Part shown: positions 55,006 through 64,000 of the stretch, piece by piece
Numbering within the stretch: the stretch's first letter is position 1
Layout: each line of letters opens with the position of its first letter
Source of the DNA: Ptychomitrium polyphyllum
Lineage: Eukaryota
DNA length: 64,000 nucleotides
Direction: 5' to 3'
Assembly (NCBI GenBank): GCA_973851085.1
Contig: OZ316776.1
Coordinates: 11,904,001 to 11,968,000, forward strand
Notes under the pieces: model-generated
What the model was told of the DNA's origin: nothing
Seen by the model: only the letters and a program-made list of their open reading frames with translations
Databases searched by the model: none
Translations under genes and position numbers: made by a program

Positions 55006-58000
55006 AACAAAGTGTGAGGCACAATAACTGAGAATTTTAAAATTTTTAATTGATGAATTAAAAATAATTCAAAATTGCAAGTTTAATTTTTAGATTAAAC
55101 AAGTTTATAAAAGAAAATAAAAAATTATTTTAGATTATGTTTTTTTGAACATATCAAATTTCAAAGGCACAATAATCTTCTATTCTAGTGCAATAATAGA
55201 TAAGTAAAGTTTATATTGATTGCTCAAATATTTATTATTTTTGAAATAGCAATATTTTCATGGACTCCATTTTCAACAAATCCATGGTTTGTAGGTATAT
55301 AAAACAAATTAGTTGATAAACATATGAAAATTATTATAAAAAGGCCAAACTAGGTAGAAAAAGATATGTTGAAAGTAGCAATATTAAATAGATTATGGAG
55401 ATTTACATAAAGCATGTTATCTTCAATACTTTGTAATTAAATTCTTTTGAAAAAATATTTGATGTGTTTTATTTTTTAAAAGAAATCATACATAGTTGTA
55501 AATACATTAAGAATTTGTTTGAAGGCACCAAAGAATGTTTTCCTTTTGCTTTGAAAACCTATCATTAAAATGTAGATTTAAATAAAATAAACTAGTTACT
55601 TTAGTTATGATCCAAAATGTTAATTTATACCTTAATTCATTATTAAAACTCAATTTTCACATTAAAGTGTTGAAGGTTTAGGATTTTCACACAAATTAGT
55701 AGCACAAACTACCTTTTATCTTTTAAAATAATTATTTCTTATACAATCACAAGGTATTCTTTCAAGACAAAGGATTTTTTAAACAATTTTTTTTTTTTTT
55801 GGTATTGAATTGATCATCATGTTTCAACATTAACTAAGTCATTATATCATTTCAATTACAAAGATATTGGTAAAAAAATTAAATTATTTTCCCATAATTA
55901 TAGGTTTATCATACTTGATGGTGTATATGAGCAATTTTGAAGTGTAAAATTAATGCTTTGATATAATTTTTGAGTTTTTTTCTTGTTTACAACATCTTAT
56001 AATTGATCTAGTTGTTAGAATCTTGAAAGCATTCTTGTATTCCATAATCTTTTTTATACTTTATTCACAAAATTCAATATTTATCTTTCTATTGAGAATC
56101 TAAATTTTACAATTTTAAAGTAAAATGTTATTTTAATTTCCATATTCTTTGTTGTGCCCATATGCCAAATTTGATTTTGGAATAGGATTTATATAATGTT
56201 CTTTAGGAATTGAAACAACTCATTGTCGCCTTAAAAAAAAAATCAACAATAAATGATAGTAAAACTATGTGGTAATAAATATATGATAATAAAAATCTAG
56301 TTTGATGACTTAATGTGCAAATTCCTTCAATTTGTAGTTAAATAAGGTTCTATAATGGAATTATATCTCTGTATGATGTATGATGGATTACCTGTAAAAG
56401 AAGGTGCTCATAACATACTAGAATCCTTGCTAAAATAAATTTCAAAATAAATTTGGGAATCAAAGTTAGAACTTGTTGAACCGTGCACAACAATTGGTCA
56501 ACAAATATTAATTCAAGTGAATAACATAGATTTCAATGAAGGATTGCTGCTAGCACTAGGTCTAGACTGTCATGTAAGGGAAGGTACTTGAAGGATGCTG
56601 TGTTCAGGAGGTAATGAAGAATGCCATGTAAGTTCAAAAAAAGCAGACGACTAACTTTCAAATTTACCTGTTACTGTGGACCAGGCTGACGTTGACTAAT
56701 GAACAAGAAAGTTTCAATGTCCATCATGACAGTACCTTTTTCTCCAGAGGATGAAAAATACATGGTCAAGGAATTACAACATTCTCTGGCTTCATTGCAA
56801 AAATCATTTGGTTCCACCAGCCATCAAACTTTGTACATACTAAAAGGCTGCCCATCAATGCTTTCTACAGTAATACGCTTTTTTTTAATTTATTTGCTAC
56901 ATTGAAAAAAATTCAATTTGCAACTCATAACTTTTTTTAGCAGTTGGGGCTGGGCAGGTGCACCCTCGAGTTGGCAAACACCATGCCATGACTTAAAAGG
57001 CATCTAAGCATAGTATCTGTTAATAATTCATAATACTTTAAATATAATCATATCTGCAAAAGGAAAATTTTTTACACATTTTAAGATGTGTTACTTAAAC
57101 ACTAAATGAATAGATTATGGATTTTCTAATTGGGTCCTTAAAAAACTTAATTCTTTTATTCTATGTTGATTAGTTACTAATTTTTTTGTCAATGTTGAAC
57201 TCAAATATTTGCATTAGTTTATATGTTTGTTTATATTTTTTGTGCAACATTAGGATTTTTTAGTACAAATGTATATTTAATATTTGTGAGCACAACATTC
57301 AAACGCTAAAGGAAGGATCTCAATCATTCAAAGTTCAAAATACATATGAAAGTTTATTCATTCAATATTCCATAATCTATGTCAATTGAATATAGATGAC
57401 TAGTAAAGAACTCATATTTAATTAAAAGTAGATTCAATGGTCGCACAAGTATTAAGTTATGTTGGAAAGAATGTTCAACAACAACTACAAAGTAGATAGA
57501 ATCTTTGTTCATAGGAATAATGAATATTGAAATTGTGTTATATATGATCATTTTCAAATAATGCTCATTCACTATAAATTTATATTCTTCTATTAAGAAA
57601 TATTCCTATTTGCATTTCTATACTTAAAAAAATATATAGCATTGTAACATTGCTATAATGATTTTTCATTATAGCTTCTTCCAACTTCATTATCCATCTC
57701 AAGGGGTGAAAATTGAAATTGAAAGAAACTTCATTGAATTTTTTTTGTAAATAAGCCACTTCATCAGGCATTCTTTGACTAGGATTTATAATGTTTAATT
57801 TTAGCAATTTGTATATAGATTATATTCTTGAAGAATTGGAAGGTGTAACAACTAATTTTTTTCAACTATTTTATTAGAATGTGCTACAATTAAAAAACCA
57901 TTTATAACAATTAGTTGCTCACAATGAAAATATTATCTTTTATAAAACAAGGAAAACGGTTGCAGTGATGGCAAATTAAGAACGTGGAGTAGAGAAGAGG

Positions 58001-58957
58001 GAGTAGAGAATGGGAGTGGATAACAAGAATGATGAGAATGCTTTTAGGATCTCTTTACACCTTTTTTTGTAAGAAACAAGAAAAGCAAAGTCTTTTATTC
58101 AAAGACATAATATATAAGGCAAAGGGATGGTTGATGAAAAACAATGGAAAGACACTAAATAAGTAGGATAGGAAAGGTTCTTTCTATGAAGTAGGTTTTG
58201 GGTTGCCATTCCAAGAGTAGTTCCAAAAATGGTCAACAAGAGAAGGCTTTCTTGCAATAATTCTTACAACATTGGAAACAAACTTAGTTTTTCATTCATT
58301 TTCAAATTGCTTCTTCCATGGGTGACAAGAAAAGGTGTAAAACCTTACAAGAGGAATTGAAATTTTTGAACAACCATATTGTTGAACTTCTCTAAAAAAT
58401 GAAAAATATGTTCTTTTGTGGGCAACAAGAGAAGGTGTAAAACAACCCTTAAACTTGCCATTTTCACTCTTTTGTAAGAAAGAATACTTTTTGTCAAGTT
58501 CAGCAAGTTCTCTTCACTGCTTTTTATTAACATTCACTATTTTGCACATGCTAGGAGAATGCACTCTGTATGTGTAACCACCCCTGATGGCACAAAGTTT
58601 GACATTCAAAAGCAAAACAAACTCAAAGAGTGTATACTTAGCAGCAGCCTCTGGCCAGGTGTTTCTTTAAATTCTACCTTATTAAAAAAAATTGGTATTT
58701 TCAAAACAAGTACATTCTTTAGCCTCTCTAAGTTTCACAACTTAACTTATCTGCTGACGTGAGGAGGTCTATGTTCTCAAACTTTCAAATTTCCTTCTGC
58801 ATCATCAAGACTTATCATGTTCAATAACACAAACCTGTGGGAAAAAAACCCACACCCTAACTTTACAAAAGAGAACACTACACTCGTTACTGCCACTACA
58901 ACAATGAAGTAATTTTTGTACTAGAACAAAGTGTGAGGCACAATAACTGAGAATTTT
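55006..58957. repeat. Identical 33-bp direct repeats 3.9 kb apart
   Basis: aacaaagtgtgaggcacaataactgagaatttt at 55006-55038 and 58925-58957. Confidence 0.9.
57354..57807 (-). mobile_element. Possible decayed hAT transposase C-terminal dimerisation-domain fragment
   Basis: Adjacent minus ORFs give HPLRWIMKLE...YSN and IFIIPMN...VVVEHSF, loosely like the hAT pattern PLxWW...YP.L...L.IP...ERxFS. The match is weak. Confidence 0.3.
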
Positions 58958-61888
58958 TATAATGATTGTGGTAGAATAGGTATAGTTGGACCCTATCAAT
59001 TTTAGTATCCAAAATATTGAAAATACCATGGTGCAAAAAAAGAATATATTATATTTCAAAATCTATAGATGATTTATTGATAATTTAAGAATAAAATTGA
59101 AAATACTATTGTAATATTGTATTGTATTTTTACACTAAATAAAAAGATTGGTGTTAAATCTCTCATTAATATTAAATCCTCGTAATCTTGTGCAAACTTG
59201 GAAAATGGCAATTATATTTGAAGCCTTTTGCTAGATGTTTCTAAACAACTTTTATTGAATGTTTTCTTGTATTAATTAGTAGAAACTCAATACCTCAAAT
59301 TAATTAAGGTACCCTAAACTTTACATGCTATCTTTAAATCTTTGTACAAGGACTAAGGATGATATAAAGATGGTTAATATCCAAATTAGGTGTGCTAAAA
59401 TATTATTTTCTTTAAAACTACAATTGAACATATAAAGATTGATATTCTATTGCCTAAGTATTGCATGGAGGTTATATGGATGTTGGTCATGTTATGTCAC
59501 ATTTTTGATATTATTTTGGAAACGTATTGGTAGAAGGTTTATACCATTATACTTAACAACAATTCAAATCTTTATTAAAGTCATTGTATTAATTTTTTGA
59601 GACATCATTGGCTTATTTCTAAAATCATATACATACTAATTTTTAGCTTTGGATTTTAAATATTGGTATATGTACTCTAACCAAATGAATGAAACACTCT
59701 TGTAATGAAATATGTGCATTAATTATAAATACACGTGAAATGAAGAAAAAAGTGAAATCATGGATGTAAATTTTTGGTTGAAAAATAAGATGCAATTTCA
59801 TATAGTTCTAATATGTTGTTGTATTTTCAACTTTTACAAATAGTGTTTATTTTGCACACCTTCAATGGTTTCATCTTTAAACATGATATTAGAAGCACTT
59901 TGAGAATGTCAATGTATCCTTGTATTATAAATGTTTTTTATTACATCTAATTCAAAACCATTAGCACATAATACTTTGAGATTTAATAACATTGCAAAGT
60001 GCAAATTAAAATTGTTGGAAGTTGCAACCAACGCACATTGTAATGAACCAACATAAATGGAAATATACAAGGGTAGAAAAATTTATAGCACAAGAGGATA
60101 TGCACAAAATGCACAAATGTACAAGTATATTTGGAAGTAAATATAATTTTATTTCTAAATTATATATTTTAAACTATAAAATAATCATAATATATTCTAT
60201 AAAACTTAATTTTAAAAATATCTTATTTGTTACTAAATATATAAAAAAGATTTTGTTCCATTACATCAAAAGTTGATTATGTTCTTATGCTAACATTCAC
60301 ATTCATTATAGACCTTGTTAGAATAAAATGACTCATTGAATGTATATAATTTTCAAGAATCATTTTGATTTTTTAAATTTTTATAATACAACAAGAACTT
60401 TAAGAAAATCAACCTAAGGAAAATGCAAGATCTTATATCCCAATTCAATTGACTAGACCTTATATGTAATTCATCATTAAGCATACTTAATAGCAAAGTG
60501 GGCTTAAAGATGAATTACATATAAAATTAACTCATTAAACCTAATAATTGGTCTTGCATTGATTTAAAGGACTCACCAAAAGAAAATCTTTCAAATCAAT
60601 AACCTTAGGTCTTTATCTCTCCAAATTCCTTAGGCCAATGCAAGATTCCATACATCTAAATTCTTAAGAATAGTTTAGAAATTAGAAATCAAGTACAAGA
60701 ATGCCTTAATTTTAAGAACTTGATTCTTTTTATATAAAGATAAACTTACACATGAATCTAAACCGTGTACAATTTAAATAAAAATTTGAAATTTACAAAA
60801 TGTTTTCTTTTATATGTGATATTGATTCATAGGGAATGCTTTGAAGGAAGTTCTTCTATCATTAGTTTGAACCCATTTCATTAAGTACAACTTTGAAATA
60901 TATTCCTCCTATACTCATACTTCATATGGAATGAAAATTTTGTGAATTCCTTTTGCAAGCTCAAGCTTGAAAAGCTGAAGGTGAGAGTTGCTCATTTTCT
61001 CTAAATATAGAGAGTTAATTCTTAAAACTAAAGTACATAATTTCTTTTACACTACACAATGTAAGAAAGAAAATCCACTACTTCTAAATGACCAAATAAT
61101 GGCCACGAATGAGCTCTAGAAAAATGAACACAGTTGTAGAAACACTCAACCGTCAAGCAGAGCCAAATTGCCAATGTTCAAGCGAAGCAAACTTGTAGCT
61201 AAATCCTGCCTCTACATTAGAGAAACATTGAAATGAAGCTCTATTATGCAAGCCCAGTTCCTTGCCTTTGAAAGCCAATTCTACCTTCCTTTTGTGCTCT
61301 TAGGGGGTTGCTTCTCACCTTGTCTCCTACAAATGATTTTTATCATATTTAAAGAACTTTAGTAATATGATTGGTGGAAGTTTTTGAGTTTTTTATAAGC
61401 CTTTTCATATTGTTTTGTTGTCCACAAGAAAAACAATTTGAAAATGGATGAAAAAATGTATTGACCGCCTACATAATAAATTACTATTATTAAGCAAATC
61501 TTTTCATATCAACTGTTTTAGAGTTGTCCTTGAAATGACAACGCAAGAGTTGGTTCACAAGATAAGATTTTTTCCATCTTAATTATTTAAGTATCTTCCT
61601 ATCTTCTCCCATAACTTATCTTTTAATTAAAATACCTATATCTTAGACTAATTTTTAACTTATCCCATCTCTCATGGAATAAGGGGTGAAGTGGCCCTTA
61701 ATATGAAGGCAAAATGTCCCGTAAAATTTCCCCAAAATCTTGAGAATGAAAAACTTTGTCTTTAGATTGGACGCTTGAACGCTTAATAATATGTGTGTTT
61801 GCCGCTCCCGCTGAGGCCGATCAACATATGAGAAGCAAAGTCTGAACAACCCGTAGATAGCCCAAAGGGGTGGCGACATGCCTACGTC

Positions 61889-61952
61889 ACCGTATTGAAT
61901 ACACCATCGTATAGAGTACACTACCGTACTGAATACATCATCGTATAGAGTA
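61889..61952. repeat. 30-bp near-tandem duplication (period 34)
   Basis: accgta(t/c)tgaataca(c/t)catcgtatagagta at 61889-61918 and 61923-61952. Confidence 0.85.
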
Positions 61953-64000
61953 AATCATAATCATCACTCTGCATAACACTTGTGAGATTTAGTCAGGAAG
62001 TCTTCTGACTCTGAGTAGGTTAGGCAATTTGGCTGTCATTACCATTTATAATAGACTGCCAAAAACATTGAATGGCTATGAAGTTCTTCCTTACAAGTTC
62101 GGTCCATTGTAAACATAGATTATCCATAGATTATCCAGTGCAAACACATATTTGTAATTAATAATTGGAGTAGAAAAATGCTAAATATACTGCTTTTCCT
62201 TTTCTAAATTAAATAATCAATGTGCGTGGATTTCTGAACGTTTAGGCCCAAAATTGGAAGATATTATTATCTTATTCCTAAAATTTTCATTATCCGACCT
62301 TCTGAAAACACTCTCAAGAAAATGTCAAATTTATCATGTGTGACATAAAATAAAGAATTCAATTACCAATTTCAATGATATTTTTAATGATATGTGATTT
62401 GATAAACTATCTTTTAGATGAGTGAATGATTATTCATGGAATGCAAACATAACATATTCTAAGAATGCATAACTTTAAGGATTAATATAAAATTCCTTTC
62501 AACTTCATTATCTAAATACCTTGGATTACAATACAATAAAGCTCATATGTTGTATAAATGGATTTTTTCTTAAATCAAATGGAATGTAGTTTAAAGAGGC
62601 TTTTTTGAATGTGAAGCTAAAAATTTATCATTGTTTTAATTATTCTTTAAATAAGTTCAAAAAAGATTTTTTTATTAATCAAAGATGAAATCTTCAAAGA
62701 GAAAAAAATAGAATAAGAAATAATTTTGCATGTGTTAAAAAATGCACTATAATAAGCCCTTGCCACAATTTATCTATATTAAGATATTAGGTCATTAAGC
62801 TCTTTTATGTGTGGTTCTATGGAACAAGAGAAATTTGAATTGGCATGTAGAACTATTATAGTATTAAAGCACCTAATACCAAAGTGAAAGTTGGATGAAA
62901 AGAAAGGTTAAGCCATTTTTATAAAAAAACAATTATTACATTCATATTTAGTATATATTTTAAATTTTTTGAATCTTCATTAAATTTAATTAAGTCATTT
63001 TATTAAACATAGTTTTTATTCTCTTAAATGTTATACTTTAATATGATTGACAAAAATTTGTCTTTCACATTATATAGTCTTGAGGCTTTTTATATTCTTG
63101 TATTTTCACAAACCATACAATAAGATGGAAACAAATAGTTTTCACTCTTTTTAATTTGTTGGCTTAATAAAAGTATTTCAACTAATTAATACATTTGTAC
63201 TAACTAAAAAATTTAAATTAATTTTTAAAATATTTTTTCTATGTATCAACTTTTTTTTTTAAAAATTTGTAATTAGTTTTTCTTCAGCTTTAGGAACTTT
63301 TGAGATTGATGTTTTAAAAAAAATGTTTAAAAAAATCTATTGCCTCCAAAACCTATTTTGCTTTGTAAGTTACTTTTTTTCTATGGATTATAATTTATGA
63401 ATTAAATATGAAAAAATAAATATACATTTGCTATCTATAATTTCTAATAACATATTTGAAATTTGAAATTTTAAAAATATTAACAATCTTTGATTTGATA
63501 AATTTTTTAGTAAACTTCAAGTATGAGATTTCAATTTTTGAAATTTTTGAATTAAGAGTTTTTATTTTTTTCATTCTTAAACTAGAATATTTTTTGGCTA
63601 AATTTTGCTTTCAACTTATTATTTGGAAATTATCAGTATAAAATTGTTGCAAAAGTCCAAAATTTTCAAGCATTGACTAATAAATATAGGAATCAAGAAA
63701 TATTAAGATGGCTAATAACAATAAAAGATGTTGGCAAAGAAATTAATTTGGATCTAATAGTGGTCTAAACTATGGATGCTTAAACAATAAAGCATGAAAT
63801 TACAATTGCAAAAATAATATGGATAAAATATAAACTTATGCTTTGAATAAAATCATATGATAGAATGTACAATTTAAGTATATTAATATTATATGGAATT
63901 ATAATTTTAAAGATATATTAAGATATAAATTAAATATATAAAAATAACATCATTTTTTAATATTTTTTCTTAATATTGTATGGTGAAGCGTGTTTGTTAA

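Larger units (their letters stand above)
47979..55009 (+). mobile_element. Degenerate Ty3/Gypsy LTR retrotransposon (no chromodomain seen), 3' LTR essentially missing
   Basis: 5' LTR 47979-48547 (TGTTAC...GTAACA) followed by TTTGGC. Gag relic VEDFVERLLELAN...FQAGL (~48700-48900). Protease LINGKSGINII (~50230). RT VVPKKNRKLRICIDF...SFLDGFFDYH (51047-51340). RNase H IAYASRLLNKAEKNYTTTKRE...KFRHYLLG (51966-52190). Integrase WFLDFIGP...ATDYVTK (~52760-52850) and GPY motif (~53490). PR-RT-RH-INT order; many stops and frameshifts. Confidence 0.92.

Noticed and set aside
56500..57000. Slightly GC-richer segment with a 68-aa ORF
   Set aside because: No recognisable homology or gene structure.
57844..58903. 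Possible solo LTR (TGTAACA...ACAACA)
   Set aside because: The termini are suggestive, but there is no TSD, second copy or associated coding domain.

Overview
Eukaryotic plant genomic DNA, most likely from a moss. The inference rests on the ROP protein sequence, the LTR style, and GC-rich gene islands separated by very AT-rich, CpG-depleted, TE-derived spacers. Five protein-coding genes were reconstructed by hand from GT-AG splice sites: an HVA22/REEP-family gene (minus strand, 3' end runs off the window), an uncharacterised plant protein with YTSLRD and IKNRLV..AA.AYL motifs and no intron in its CDS (plus), a PH-RCC1-FYVE-BRX (PRAF/RLD) gene (plus), a TSJT1/Wali7-like 'YGL/LRDR' DUF3700 gene (minus), and a complete 196-aa type I ROP GTPase gene (minus). 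The rest is decayed transposon material: a ~7 kb non-chromovirus Ty3/Gypsy relic with a 5' LTR, a nested solo LTR and an extra ORF after pol; two Copia fragments in opposite orientation; LTR-like pieces; a possible hAT fragment; and several micro/minisatellites and palindromes. I did not find a clearly new multi-gene system. The best leads are the Gypsy extra ORF, a perfect hairpin-plus-triplication repair scar, the uncharacterised conserved gene, and candidate UTR splicing/uORF regulation. Most ORFs in the supplied track are spurious.
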